Below are positions 52,958 through 64,000 of a stretch of 64,000 nt of DNA, piece after piece. The notes beneath the pieces were generated by a model. That model saw only the letters and a program-made list of their open reading frames with translations, was not told where the DNA came from and did no database searches. Position numbers and translations under genes: made by a program. Where the stretch lies: the NCBI GenBank assembly GCA_020184695.1, contig JAANOX010000099.1, positions 1-64,000 on the forward strand. The letters run 5' to 3'. Every line of letters begins with the position of its first letter. The first letter of the stretch is position 1. This DNA is from Histomonas meleagridis 2922-C6/04-290x. Taxonomy: Eukaryota > Protista > Parabasalia.

Positions 52958-54076
52958 TCATATCGAAAGTTTTTTGAACTTTGATATCCAATGCTTTGTT
53001 AAATTTATATATTTCATTGGATCGCCATATTCGCTCCAAATATCTTTATTATATTTGAATTTACCATGTTCGATTGCTGGTTCAATCATTGTTCCTTGAA
53101 GCCAATTATTAAAAGAGTTTATTAACACAGCGGGTGGATTTGCTTCAATTGCAGCTTTCCACATTCGATTGTAATATTCGCCATTTTCACGACTACGTTG
53201 CAAAATTGGAGAACTCCATCTCCTTGTTTGTGTATCGTTGAAACCAGGTGATACTGTGGGAATAAAGAACATGTTTCTTTCGGCTGAAATAGAACTAATC
53301 AATTTCCAATTCGAAATTGTGGATGCATAAATATGACCTTCTGAAGCATCTAGTGTGAAAATACCATCATATCCCTCTTCCATTGACGCGCCAACATCAC
53401 TTGAATAAGTGATTGTATTTATAAAGAAAAGATTTGGAAATTTAGATATCAAAGTTGGAAATGAATTGATGAAATTTGACTCTGAAAATAATATAACAGG
53501 TTTGTTATCAATAGAGAATACGGATGGATTCTCTTTATAGTTTTGATAAAAATAATTGATATCTGATTCTAAAGAATAATAATTTTGTGAATTGTAAAAA
53601 GGTATAAAAATTCCTACTTTAATGTTATAATCAGGAACAATTTTTAGTAAAAGATCAAGTGTTTGAATTGAAAACTTTTCAAAACCATCATTAAAGAAAT
53701 CAGAATGGTTGGTTCCAAAATAATATAAAAATATAGCATCAATTCCAATTGATGATAGGATAGAACAGTGATGTCTTAGGATAGATTCATTATGTGACGA
53801 ATATATTCCTAATTTAGGATATAAAGTTGATGGTATATCTGGTGGAACAATTCTTTCTGGTGAAGAAGAGCGAATTTGATAAGACCAAGATACTAAAGCT
53901 TTATCATTTTCTATTGTGCCCCAACATCCAAAGTATAATGCAAAAACTTTTTTTGAATATTTTTTATATTTTGTGTCTTTTTCAATTCTTGAGGGATTGT
54001 GTCGTGAAATAAATAATATAATTAGAGATAATGTATTAATAATGAAGAAAAGAACAGTTTTTTCCTTTGCATTCAT
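52958..54076 (-). CDS. GH99 endo-alpha-1,2-mannosidase-like protein, probably inactive
   Basis: N-terminal signal anchor, YPKLGIYSS, GIDAI, FIPTVSPGFNDT, NSFNNWLQGTMIEPA. Confidence 0.85.
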   Translation of the reverse strand: MNAKEKTVLFFIINTLSLIILFISRHNPSRIEKDTKYKKYSKKVFALYFGCWGTIENDKALVSWSYQIRSSSPERIVPPDIPSTLYPKLGIYSSHNESILRHHCSILSSIGIDAIFLYYFGTNHSDFFNDGFEKFSIQTLDLLLKIVPDYNIKVGIFIPFYNSQNYYSLESDINYFYQNYKENPSVFSIDNKPVILFSESNFINSFPTLISKFPNLFFINTITYSSDVGASMEEGYDGIFTLDASEGHIYASTISNWKLISSISAERNMFFIPTVSPGFNDTQTRRWSSPILQRSRENGEYYNRMWKAAIEANPPAVLINSFNNWLQGTMIEPAIEHGKFKYNKDIWSEYGDPMKYINLTKHWISKFKKLSI

Positions 54077-54159
54077 AAAGACGTTTATTGGCAGGTTACT
54101 TTACCTTCAAATTTTGATGACAATTTGGAATTGAATTATGCACGTTTATAATTGCTAAA

Positions 54160-54918
54160 ATGGAAAAATCAGAAGAAAATAAAGCAGCAAAAGCTATTGA
54201 AGAATTACAAAATCGAATCAAAGGGCTCGAAAATGAAATTAAGAAAAAACGAAATGAAGTAATTGTAACAAAGGAAAAATTAATCAATTATCAAATTGAA
54301 AAAAGTGAAAGTCATCAAATATCACTAAATGAAGCAATCAAAGCACAAAAAATGCTCGAATGTTCGTCACAAAATTTAATTGAACTCAGACAAATTCGAA
54401 AAGAAAATCAAATTTTGAAGTTACAAATTCATCAAGTTCAATCAGAAATCATTTCTATTTCTCAAAAGCCATCACACAAAAAAATAGAAGAAACTGAAGA
54501 ACGTAAACATAATGAAAAACTTCTCTTAGAATTTGAGAATCTTCTATCATTGCTTTTATTTCCACCTAACTTTGAGTTAAATGTAAGCCTCCAAAATATT
54601 TCTAACAGAACTAATTTTTTTACATCAGTCTCAGATAAAACCTATTCGATAACAGCTTCAGTACATACTGTTATCCAAAAGATTCACAATCTTCCATCTC
54701 CTCTTTCACATCAAAATTTTCATAAAAAGCAAGAAATTGTTATTATATTACTAAACTCAAAGTTTTTATACTGCAAACTACTTGAAGAAATATGGAATTT
54801 ACAGAAATCAAAAATAAATTCGAAATTTAAAACAAGAGTTCAAGATAAAATCGAACAGAAGCAAGTGTATTTATATAAATTAAAAAGGGCAATAGATAAA
54901 TATCAATTTAATAAATAA
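54160..54918 (+). CDS. hypothetical coiled-coil protein
   Basis: 252-aa ORF, head-to-head with the GH99 gene. Confidence 0.7.
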   Translation: MEKSEENKAAKAIEELQNRIKGLENEIKKKRNEVIVTKEKLINYQIEKSESHQISLNEAIKAQKMLECSSQNLIELRQIRKENQILKLQIHQVQSEIISISQKPSHKKIEETEERKHNEKLLLEFENLLSLLLFPPNFELNVSLQNISNRTNFFTSVSDKTYSITASVHTVIQKIHNLPSPLSHQNFHKKQEIVIILLNSKFLYCKLLEEIWNLQKSKINSKFKTRVQDKIEQKQVYLYKLKRAIDKYQFNK

Positions 54919-55066
54919 TTTAATTAAATATTATCAACATTCTTGGCTCAATTTTATTATATTGCAAAGTGTAATCATTCCGAATTCATTTAAGTAAACT
55001 AAATATTGATTTTTTATGAATCATAAATTTTGAAATGAATTAAAATATCTAAAAACAAATATTTAT

Positions 55067-56047
55067 TTACAATATTACCTGAAGCTCATTATTTTCATTA
55101 AGTAGCTGCTCATTAACTTCGTCGCTTCCATCCCTTTCTTCTGCTCCTTCTTCTGTTTTCCCTTTGATGCCACTTTTCCACATTTCGCTCAATTCGTTAT
55201 TGCACGCAGCGGCCGAAAGGGTCAGAATTAACACCGAAGGAAATATCCATAGCAACGCTGGCTGTCCATGATTCATTACATGTACCATAATCCATGAAAT
55301 AATCACTCCTAAAAAATATCCTAAAAATGATATTTCGAAATATCGAGTACCTCTTTTCAGGTCATATCGCATGAAAAAGTCTAAAACAAGACCAGGAATA
55401 ACAATGTCACCTGCTCCAATTAATGAATTATGGTTGCCATTTGGAATAGAAAAAGTTGCAGGTATATGTGCTGAGGCACTAGTTGCGGCAACAACCATAA
55501 CGCTCTTCCCAAACACTAATGGTGATAAGAAAACCCACCAAACGTCATATATAACAAAACATATGGATACAATTACACATATTTTTAGTGAATTAATCTT
55601 AAGAAATGTAATGCCTGTAACACATATGCAAAATGTTATAAGGTTGGTTATAAGCCAATGTTCTGTAATAAACCAAATTAATGGAATAATTATTGAAAAG
55701 ATTATTGTGACAATTAGATTTATCAACCTATGTCTAAATATCATCCAAAACCAGTCCCATGAAGTAAAAAGAGAAGAAACAAAACATGGGAAAAGAATGA
55801 TTATTTTCAAAAATTGTAAAAATGATTCAGCAAAGAAAAATATAATTAAAAGAACTCCAGAACTTAAAACAAGCATTAAAACAAGAAATTTTGGTGTAAT
55901 TTCTGATTGTTCATCTGGAGTTGGCCTAATGTAATCAGGTCTACTTTGTTGATGCTGTGGTTCGAACAGCAATCCTGCTGATGCCGTACATCCGTAAAGG
56001 ATAGTGGATGATGAAATTAATAGAAGAGCAATGGATGCGAAATCCAT
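55067..56047 (-). CDS. SPP: signal peptide peptidase (A22B aspartyl intramembrane protease)
   Basis: YD (IYDVWWVF), GxGD (IGAGDIVIPG) and PAL (QPALLW) motifs; multiple TM segments. Confidence 0.93.
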   Translation of the reverse strand: MDFASIALLLISSSTILYGCTASAGLLFEPQHQQSRPDYIRPTPDEQSEITPKFLVLMLVLSSGVLLIIFFFAESFLQFLKIIILFPCFVSSLFTSWDWFWMIFRHRLINLIVTIIFSIIIPLIWFITEHWLITNLITFCICVTGITFLKINSLKICVIVSICFVIYDVWWVFLSPLVFGKSVMVVAATSASAHIPATFSIPNGNHNSLIGAGDIVIPGLVLDFFMRYDLKRGTRYFEISFLGYFLGVIISWIMVHVMNHGQPALLWIFPSVLILTLSAAACNNELSEMWKSGIKGKTEEGAEERDGSDEVNEQLLNENNELQVIL

Positions 56048-56590
56048 TTTCTGTGATTTGTGAGCGATTTAATCGTTTTCATCATAAAAATTTCAAAAAT
56101 TCGACCAGATATAAAATTTTTGCTGAAACACATTACACAATATATTCTTTTTTGCTTTTTTTTTTTTTAAATACATAATATATTTTAAAGTATATAAGGT
56201 GAAAATAAAAGTATTGTATTTCTGATTTTTTTAATTTCATATCATCACACAAGATTTCATAAAGAGAATTAAAGTGATTGTAGAAAGATTTCCCAATGAT
56301 AGCATCCAAAGAATCCATCGGATTCATATTCAAAAAACGCACAACTCCTCGAAAAAACCAAAATCAGAAATATTTTAAAACCTAAAATTAATAAAATATT
56401 AAGTCAACACATTTATTATTTTCACACATGAAATCATTATCTTTTTGAAAATTATTGATGGATTACAAAAAAGTTTGAGCTGTTCGATGTATTGCAATCA
56501 TTTCAAACCCCTTAAAAATCATATTGATTTCCAATGCATTTTTTGTTTAAACGCCATTAAACGAAAATTTACGTTAAAATTTTTATTTAT

Positions 56591-59500
56591 TTATAGTGTC
56601 AAATCTCTGAATTGGGGATATTTTTGGTAAAAGTTCTCGAGCTCCTGCTGGTTCACTTCTTTTCTCATGCAATACTTTATGTAGTCGGGCGGGTGGTCAC
56701 TGAAGTTACCGTGCTCTTTCATCAGATGTCTGTAACAGTCGTCTTCCACTTCGAAAGGGCCTGCGCCGCAATAGTAACAGAAGTGTTTTCCGCATGTGCA
56801 TTCGATGTGATTACAGAACTGAGTCTTTTCGATTATTTTATGGCAATTCGGGCAAATTCTAAAACCTTTTGGCACGTGGACTTTATTATTACATTTACCT
56901 ATTTCATGCCATTGATTACATTCATTACAAAGAATGAAATTACATCCATTTACATTACATCTCAGTAATGTATGTGACTGTGGAGTTCTATATAATATTG
57001 ACATATGATTTGGACAATATGTAATTTTCGGTGATGCTTTTAATGCTTTAACAGCTATAGATGTTACATAAGCTTTGGTTACATTTGTTAATTCTTTTTC
57101 ATGAATAAACGCCCATATTAATTGTCCAAATGGTATTATCGGCCATTTTCCTAATTGATTAATATTCGTCTCAAAGATTTCTATTGGTCGAATTAAGTCA
57201 TTGTTTTCATATATTTTATCTATACGAACAGTTTCAGAATTTTCATCATACATTTTACCTAATGCTGCAATTAATAAACTTTTAATACAAACACAACAAT
57301 AATTTAAGTTTTGCGTTGTACGATTTTGATAATAAATACTAATAAGTTTCTTCGATAATATTAATTCTTCTTCACAACAATTTACATAATTACCTAAAAT
57401 TTCTTGTGAATTATTTTGATCATTATTTATATTAAATTGATTAATAAATGTTATCACAATATTATCATCAATAGAATTCGGTACTATAATAATTCGTTTC
57501 GATGGATTAATTAACCATTTCTTTTCACTCGGATAATCCTTGTTTTGAATTGCATTAGTTAAGATTTGAATATTAATTCCACCAGGTATAGTAATATGTT
57601 TATATGGAAATGTTGGTGGTTCTTTAAGTAATAATTCATTAACTTTATTAATTTGATCGATTTTTCCATACCAAACATTGTTATTATAATTCAATTCGAT
57701 TTGATGCTGTTTAAGATATTCATTAAAGATATTAATACATTTCTTCTTAGTTAATAATGTCGGATCAATTATATTCGTTGGAATATATAATACATTAATA
57801 TCTTTACCTAAGATTTCATCAATGAACATTGAAGCTAAAGGTGTAATAAATTCGATTGTATACATATAAGCTTTAATGATACCTTTTAAGTTATTATTAT
57901 TAACTTCAATATATTCATTAACTTTATATATTATAAATCCAAAGTTTTGTATTACATTTTGTACTTTTTGGATAAATTGTTCTTTTGTATAATTCGAATT
58001 CTTTGAATGTTTAAATTCTACTTCATAAATTGGCATTTGAATAATATTTGTATTATCATATTTAATAATTGATGTAATTGAACTTATAAATGATTGGATG
58101 AATTTATTAGTTTTATCTATATTATTATTATTATCATTTATTATATCAAGTGTAATTTCATTATTATCATTTAATTTTATTAGATTATATTTATCTTTAA
58201 TTTTATCATCAATTCTATTAAAAACATTTCCAGTAGGATTTATTGTTAATGTTTTTATTGGAATTTCTTTTTCTAAATGATTATTTTTAATATTGTTTAA
58301 TATTAAATCATTAAATAATTTTTGTATTTTATTTTTTATATTATTATTATTACAAAAGAATATTCGTTTTCCATAATTCTTAAATGTAAATAAATTAGGA
58401 CATATAGTATTAGCAAAATTATTCATATTAAAATTATTTTGTTGATTATTATTTTTGAACCAAATCATTTCTTTTTGATTTGGAATTTTTTTATCAGATA
58501 AAATTATTAAATGTGAAAAATTATTTATATCAAAAACATAATTTAAATTACGATTAATTATCGGCTTTTTAATGTTATCATAAGAATATTGATTATTATC
58601 TAATGATAATGATAACATTTCACCAGTCATAGCTATAGTTAATTTATTAGTAACATCATTAAGTCGACTAATATAAGTTAATAAATAATTTAATGTATCC
58701 TTATTAATTTGATATGGATATAATACTTTTTCATTAAAGAAAATTATATTCGAATCTTGTTTTTCTGAGCCAATAACTTTAAGAGATATACAACATTGAA
58801 GATTAAAGTGAGGAATTAATATAGATGAAGGTGTATAAGGTAAAAGTAATGAAACATTTTTAATAGCTTCATTAAATATATTTTCGGCATTTGTATTTTT
58901 AGGTGAATAAGTTATTACACTTTGATTTTTATGTATTGAGATACAAAATAATGTTTTTTCATTATCATTATCATTTAATTTCTTTGTATTAAATTTACAA
59001 AATTCATTTTCATTAGGCTTTAAATATTCTTCAAGTAAAATAGATGAAAATTCTTCTTGTGCTTTAAATACATAATCTGTTGTTAATGATATCGGTTTAT
59101 ATAATATATAATTGTTTTGTATTGACAAGTTTCGTTCATGATTAAAATCACGATGAATATATGTACCAACATTAGTTTCTGTAGATTTATTATGTACAAT
59201 ATTTAATATATAAACACAACTTGGTGATGTATAACCTATAGATCCTGGCCTCATTTTAACTATAACTTTTGATTCTTTTTGATTATTATTATTATTAAAT
59301 GTTAAGTTTTCATTACCTTTATAAACTATTAATGGATCTTTTTCAACATTTTCTATTGTTTCAAACATAACTTTTCGACATAATGACCATTCTTCTTTAG
59401 AAGATATTGTAGAATCAATAATATTTTGTATAAATTTCATTAAATCAATTCTCTTAATTAATTTATTTAATTGTTTAAATATATCTTTTTGATGAATATT

Positions 59501-62500
59501 TAAATTCCTTGATATTGTTAATATTGTTGAATAAATTTGATATGCTAAATTATAATTTAAGCCATAATCATTTGTTAAACATTTCCATTTTCTAATATCT
59601 ATTTTTGTTAAATCCAAAAATGTTTTAAGAATTGTTATAATATCAGAATCATTACAAAAATTATGTTGTAATACTTTTGCATATACATCAGTTATTAAAT
59701 TATTAGTAGAAAATATTAATACTATTAATGAACCTAATAATTCAACTAATGAAGTATCTTTATCTACATTCTTAGATGCATTAATAATAGAATTAGCTAA
59801 AAATGGTGGAATTGTTTGAAACATTGAAATCTTTGATCCATATTTTGTAATTTCACCTGTTTCTGGATTAATAGCATTAAATTTATATAATTCATTCATA
59901 AATTGTTCAAGTAATTTAGGCTCAATTTTATCCGGTAAATTTGTAAGTTTTTCAAGTTTAATATCCATTTTTCGTAATGATAATATATTAGAACTAATAT
60001 CAGTAGTTAATAAATCAGGTAATAATGAATCTTTCATTGGCATATCTTTGATAACTATTTGTATTGATATTCCTGGACATACTCTACCTACACGACCTTT
60101 ACGTTGTGTTTGATTTTGTGTTGATATTAATTCTTCATTTATTATTGTTAATCCACATGTTGGATCATATATAGATTGTTTATATAAACTTGTATCAATT
60201 ACTACTTTTAATTGATCAATTGTTACTGATGATTCTATAGCATTTGTAGCTAAAATGATTTTGATAATATTATCATGATCTTTTATCGGTCTCTTAGCTA
60301 TATCTTTTTGATTTTGTGTTACATAACCTGTAAATTTGATAGGTAATATAAATAATGTTTCTTTATCATTATTAATAATTTTATTAATGTTCTTATTAAA
60401 TAATTCGATGTTATTAAATGATATATTATTAATAACTTGTATATTACGTTTTTCATTATTTAAAGTTTTAATCAGACCTAAAATATCATGATTAATTTCA
60501 TTAATTCGTGAATTACCTGATGAAAATATAATAATATGACCAATTTCTAATTCATTATTAGCCATTCTTTTAATAATGTTTATAGTTTCTGTTGCTGCTA
60601 CTTTTGTTACTTTATTTTTATCTTGGATTTCTATTTTAATATTTTCTACAGGGAAAAGTTGTGAATCTTCAATTGTTATAGTCTTAACATCTTTAAAACA
60701 TTTATTTATTGAATAATCAGGTGTAGCAGACATCATTAATATATGTAAAGGAAATGTGTTTTTGAAATTGATTTTTCTTGATAATAAAGAAATTAATACA
60801 TCAGTTTCTACTGTTCTTTTATGAATTTCATCAAGACAAAATCGAGTTTTAGATATAATATCAATACCTTCTTTCTCTGTTTCTGTTATTAATCTTATTA
60901 AGTTATGAGGTGAAAATAAACCAATGATAGGTTTATTAATTTCATTTCTTGAAATCTTATAATAATTAATCATTGTTTTAATATCATTAGTTAAAATGAC
61001 TGTATCTTGCATAATATCTTTAAAATCATTAATTTTATCTGTAATTATATTTGCACTTGGTTGTGTCATTATAAAATATGGATGTTTGAAATTTTCCATT
61101 AATATTTTAAGTGCAAATATAAATGGTGAACATCGAGTTTTACCACTACCTGTAGAACTTTTTAACATAATAACAGAATCATGTTTTTTTAATAATTCAT
61201 AATGTATTAAATATACTGGATAAATCCTTGTAAATAATGAATTTTCATCAGATGGCTTGAAACTTAAATCAAAGAATAAATCTGCAATTTGTTTAATCGT
61301 AGATTTATTACTTAAGAATTTAAAATATATAGAAACAGCTTTAAATGTTTTTAATGTATTTTCAAGATATAAATCATTTTGTTCATTTGTATTTTCTTCT
61401 TTTTCATAATAATGTAGTAAGTTACAAAATGATTGTTGAATTAATAATATTTGACCTGGTAATTTCTTATTAGTTTTGAAATATGTCGATATTTCTTTGA
61501 TATATTGTAATATTTTACTTTGTTTATCTTTATCGTTAACATCCATTTTTTCAATTATTTCTTTAATATTTATAAGAAATTGTTGTAATGATTGTTCACT
61601 GATATCAAATTGTGATAAGAAATTTATTAATTTTGGTTTTATATTTGATGGTGGTACTATACATGTAAAAAGTTGATTAATTAATGAGTTTGCTTGTTCC
61701 CATTGAGATTTATCTAAATTATATCTTCCTATAATTCTAAGGATTTGATTAATGTTTTTATTTCTTAAGTTAAAAATATGATTAAATGCATTTAATAATG
61801 ATCGAATTTCTTTCTCTGTAAATGAATCGAAATTTAATGATAATATAACTTTGTTAATAATTTCTTCATCTTGTGCTTGTACTTTAATAGATAATAATAA
61901 TTCAACTAATTCTTCATATTTAATTTTAGGAAATGATGAAATTATTTCTTCGATATTATCCATAACTTCTGTTATGCCTATAATCATTCTCGAATATATT
62001 TGTTCAATGTTAATATTTTTTACTTGTTCTATAATAAAACCTGATTCTTGTAATTGAAGAATTTCTTCAAATACATCTTTAGCAAAATATTGATATAAAC
62101 TAGTGGGAATAGGTAATGAAATAATCGTAAATTTAGAGATTACTAATTGGGCACGTTTAACTCCATCAGGTAAATCAAATTTAACTGTTTCAAATTTTGT
62201 CCATTTTGGTGCTTCTACAATTTCTTTAATAGGATCACTTTCTCTTTTAATATATTTAAGATTAATTACGATTTTAATTGCTAATATAAAAATGGTTTTA
62301 TATATATCATTGTTTTGTGTAATTTCATTCATTCTTTGAACTTTAATTTCATTTTCATGTTGTTTATAAATAGCATTCGAAAGTTTTGTTGTAACACTAT
62401 TAATGTTTCTAATTGGATGTTGTGTAATTAATATACCATTAGATGTACCATATCCATAAAAATTCTTAAGATTTCCTATGACATATGAATAACCATCATA

Positions 62501-63484
62501 TAATGAAGCAAATTTCGATTTAATTAGACTTTCATCATTATTCATATTAGGTATATATGTAATCTTTGTTAGATCCGAACTTGAATTAATAAATTTATAT
62601 GGAATTTCAGTAAGTTCTTCAAATTTTTGATTGGTAGAAAAACTCTTCTTAATTACAATGGGCGCTGACATAATAATTGGTATAAGCATAAAATCAGATA
62701 CAGCTTTATACGAATAATAAAGAATTTGACTACATGAAATAGATTGATTGTTTCGAATTTTTGGATTAAAATTCTTTGAATTAATATTAGGCTCACCTAA
62801 AAATCTTCTTGACAATGAAAATGTGTTTTTCGAGAGATTTTTTAAATTTAATATTTGGCTCAAGTTGATATATGAAAAATTACTTGAGTAATACATTTGT
62901 AATATTTCAATGTCTTTTTGATCTTTGATATAAAATTGCGTTGACATAAGGAAACTATAAATAGTTGGATTAGGAACATTATCTACATAATGAATACATA
63001 AAATACCTTTTTTGGAACATATTAAAAATAAAGAAATTTGATTGTGATCGATTTGTTGGAGTTCAATTAATAGAGGTGGGGTTTGATAGTGTATTTGAAG
63101 ATAGTAAAAAAGTTCTTTATCAGTTGATTCAATATATGTTACTGGAACTTTGGCTCTTGGATAAAAATCAACTATGACTTCCTTCTTATTTGGCCAGCTA
63201 TGCTTAGAAAATTTATCTGATATGAGTGTTTGATTTTTTGAAAAGCGTAGAAAATATGGTAATTTGTCAAATGTTAACGATGGTTGAATCCCTTGATTAT
63301 AAGTAATTGTAATAATGGGGTTTATGTTATTTGGGCTATTAAAAGGCTGGTTTGTATATGGCTGATTGTAATTTATTGGATTAATATTTGGTGGATAAAT
63401 AATAAGCTGGTCTGGTCCTTGGTTAAAATTTGTGGGGAACCCATTTATTTGATCAGAGGTGGAGTAACCTGCGTAGTTAGTCAT
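56591..63484 (-). CDS. DEAH-type RNA helicase fused to a C-terminal RBR (IBR-RING2) E3 module
   Basis: STGSGKT, DEIH, MSAT, ATNAIESSVTID, QRKGRVGR; C-terminal CPNH...C...CNEC...H...C and CPNC...CNHIECTCGKHFCYYC. First ATG at 63484. Confidence 0.9.
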   Translation of the reverse strand: MTNYAGYSTSDQINGFPTNFNQGPDQLIIYPPNINPINYNQPYTNQPFNSPNNINPIITITYNQGIQPSLTFDKLPYFLRFSKNQTLISDKFSKHSWPNKKEVIVDFYPRAKVPVTYIESTDKELFYYLQIHYQTPPLLIELQQIDHNQISLFLICSKKGILCIHYVDNVPNPTIYSFLMSTQFYIKDQKDIEILQMYYSSNFSYINLSQILNLKNLSKNTFSLSRRFLGEPNINSKNFNPKIRNNQSISCSQILYYSYKAVSDFMLIPIIMSAPIVIKKSFSTNQKFEELTEIPYKFINSSSDLTKITYIPNMNNDESLIKSKFASLYDGYSYVIGNLKNFYGYGTSNGILITQHPIRNINSVTTKLSNAIYKQHENEIKVQRMNEITQNNDIYKTIFILAIKIVINLKYIKRESDPIKEIVEAPKWTKFETVKFDLPDGVKRAQLVISKFTIISLPIPTSLYQYFAKDVFEEILQLQESGFIIEQVKNINIEQIYSRMIIGITEVMDNIEEIISSFPKIKYEELVELLLSIKVQAQDEEIINKVILSLNFDSFTEKEIRSLLNAFNHIFNLRNKNINQILRIIGRYNLDKSQWEQANSLINQLFTCIVPPSNIKPKLINFLSQFDISEQSLQQFLINIKEIIEKMDVNDKDKQSKILQYIKEISTYFKTNKKLPGQILLIQQSFCNLLHYYEKEENTNEQNDLYLENTLKTFKAVSIYFKFLSNKSTIKQIADLFFDLSFKPSDENSLFTRIYPVYLIHYELLKKHDSVIMLKSSTGSGKTRCSPFIFALKILMENFKHPYFIMTQPSANIITDKINDFKDIMQDTVILTNDIKTMINYYKISRNEINKPIIGLFSPHNLIRLITETEKEGIDIISKTRFCLDEIHKRTVETDVLISLLSRKINFKNTFPLHILMMSATPDYSINKCFKDVKTITIEDSQLFPVENIKIEIQDKNKVTKVAATETINIIKRMANNELEIGHIIIFSSGNSRINEINHDILGLIKTLNNEKRNIQVINNISFNNIELFNKNINKIINNDKETLFILPIKFTGYVTQNQKDIAKRPIKDHDNIIKIILATNAIESSVTIDQLKVVIDTSLYKQSIYDPTCGLTIINEELISTQNQTQRKGRVGRVCPGISIQIVIKDMPMKDSLLPDLLTTDISSNILSLRKMDIKLEKLTNLPDKIEPKLLEQFMNELYKFNAINPETGEITKYGSKISMFQTIPPFLANSIINASKNVDKDTSLVELLGSLIVLIFSTNNLITDVYAKVLQHNFCNDSDIITILKTFLDLTKIDIRKWKCLTNDYGLNYNLAYQIYSTILTISRNLNIHQKDIFKQLNKLIKRIDLMKFIQNIIDSTISSKEEWSLCRKVMFETIENVEKDPLIVYKGNENLTFNNNNNQKESKVIVKMRPGSIGYTSPSCVYILNIVHNKSTETNVGTYIHRDFNHERNLSIQNNYILYKPISLTTDYVFKAQEEFSSILLEEYLKPNENEFCKFNTKKLNDNDNEKTLFCISIHKNQSVITYSPKNTNAENIFNEAIKNVSLLLPYTPSSILIPHFNLQCCISLKVIGSEKQDSNIIFFNEKVLYPYQINKDTLNYLLTYISRLNDVTNKLTIAMTGEMLSLSLDNNQYSYDNIKKPIINRNLNYVFDINNFSHLIILSDKKIPNQKEMIWFKNNNQQNNFNMNNFANTICPNLFTFKNYGKRIFFCNNNNIKNKIQKLFNDLILNNIKNNHLEKEIPIKTLTINPTGNVFNRIDDKIKDKYNLIKLNDNNEITLDIINDNNNNIDKTNKFIQSFISSITSIIKYDNTNIIQMPIYEVEFKHSKNSNYTKEQFIQKVQNVIQNFGFIIYKVNEYIEVNNNNLKGIIKAYMYTIEFITPLASMFIDEILGKDINVLYIPTNIIDPTLLTKKKCINIFNEYLKQHQIELNYNNNVWYGKIDQINKVNELLLKEPPTFPYKHITIPGGINIQILTNAIQNKDYPSEKKWLINPSKRIIIVPNSIDDNIVITFINQFNINNDQNNSQEILGNYVNCCEEELILSKKLISIYYQNRTTQNLNYCCVCIKSLLIAALGKMYDENSETVRIDKIYENNDLIRPIEIFETNINQLGKWPIIPFGQLIWAFIHEKELTNVTKAYVTSIAVKALKASPKITYCPNHMSILYRTPQSHTLLRCNVNGCNFILCNECNQWHEIGKCNNKVHVPKGFRICPNCHKIIEKTQFCNHIECTCGKHFCYYCGAGPFEVEDDCYRHLMKEHGNFSDHPPDYIKYCMRKEVNQQELENFYQKYPQFRDLTL

Positions 63485-63875
63485 TTTTTTGAAAGTATGC
63501 CACAACTTACACCCCTCATTCTGATTTTATTATCGGCGACGGTTTTATACGCAATTCCCAAACAAAACTTGTCAAAATATGATAGAAAAAACGAAAAACA
63601 CTTTTTAATTGCATTTTGATCGGAGATTCTTCAAATATTGGATTTGAACTAAAAATGATCGTTTTGCATTTTAATTTTTGACTACAAAAGTTTTTGGTTA
63701 AAATCTTTATTCTTATCTTCTTTTTCATTATATCGACAGAATAATTTAACTACTTTGTTTATGTATTGGGTACTTCGTGTAAAATAATATTTATTTTATT
63801 AAATTAAAGAATTTTCCTTTTCGCTTTTTTGAAGAAAAGACTATCAACCGTTTATAGCCGCCAGGAATTCATACA

Positions 63876-64000
63876 ATGTCTTCAGGAAGTGGGATTTCTG
63901 CAAGCGACTACATTCGTCAAGGCGTCATTGGACGCGGTAATTTTGGTGTTGTTTTTAAAGCAATTTGTAAGAAAACAAATGAAATTGTAGCAATCAAAGA
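63876..64000 (+). CDS. 5' end of a Ser/Thr protein kinase (runs off the window)
   Basis: MSSGSGISASDYIRQGVIGRGNFGVVFKAICKKTNEIVAIK: Gly-rich loop and VAIK. Confidence 0.9.
   Translation, partial: MSSGSGISASDYIRQGVIGRGNFGVVFKAICKKTNEIVAIK

Overview
AT-rich, gene-dense eukaryotic genomic DNA, most likely from a parabasalid (trichomonad/Tritrichomonas-like protist). This is inferred from the histone H3 and EF-1alpha sequences, DUF3447-type ankyrin genes, BspA-like remnants, TCAYT initiator motifs just upstream of ATGs, and stop codons embedded in TAAA. The standard genetic code is used. There are about 25 intact genes: H3, ARF, LUC7, SUN-like, acyltransferase-like, EF-1alpha, ABCA, CC2D2A, Rab-like, UTP15, PI-PLC X, capping-enzyme-like, CTL/SLC44, ankyrin, RPS20, ThiF/MoeB, Uso1/p115, GH99, SPP, a DEAH-RBR fusion, several coiled-coil or unknown proteins, and the start of a kinase. 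The first ~9 kb also holds several frame-broken genes. The standout feature is ankyrin genes in which every repeat is cut, at the same position in the beta-hairpin loop, by an AT-rich spacer of nearly invariant length (17 of 18 spacers in the two big arrays are exactly 80 nt). These spacers have no usable GT-AG ends and cannot be read through or bridged by one common frameshift. The 90-nt ankyrin modules between them stay open and protein-like. A related 60-nt insert sits at the same structural position in an unrelated ankyrin gene. This looks like an unannotated class of non-canonical intron or excised element, but no transcript data are available here to prove it. Also notable: a ~340-nt candidate structured RNA, a 47-aa Pro/His micro-ORF, and two probable pseudoenzymes.
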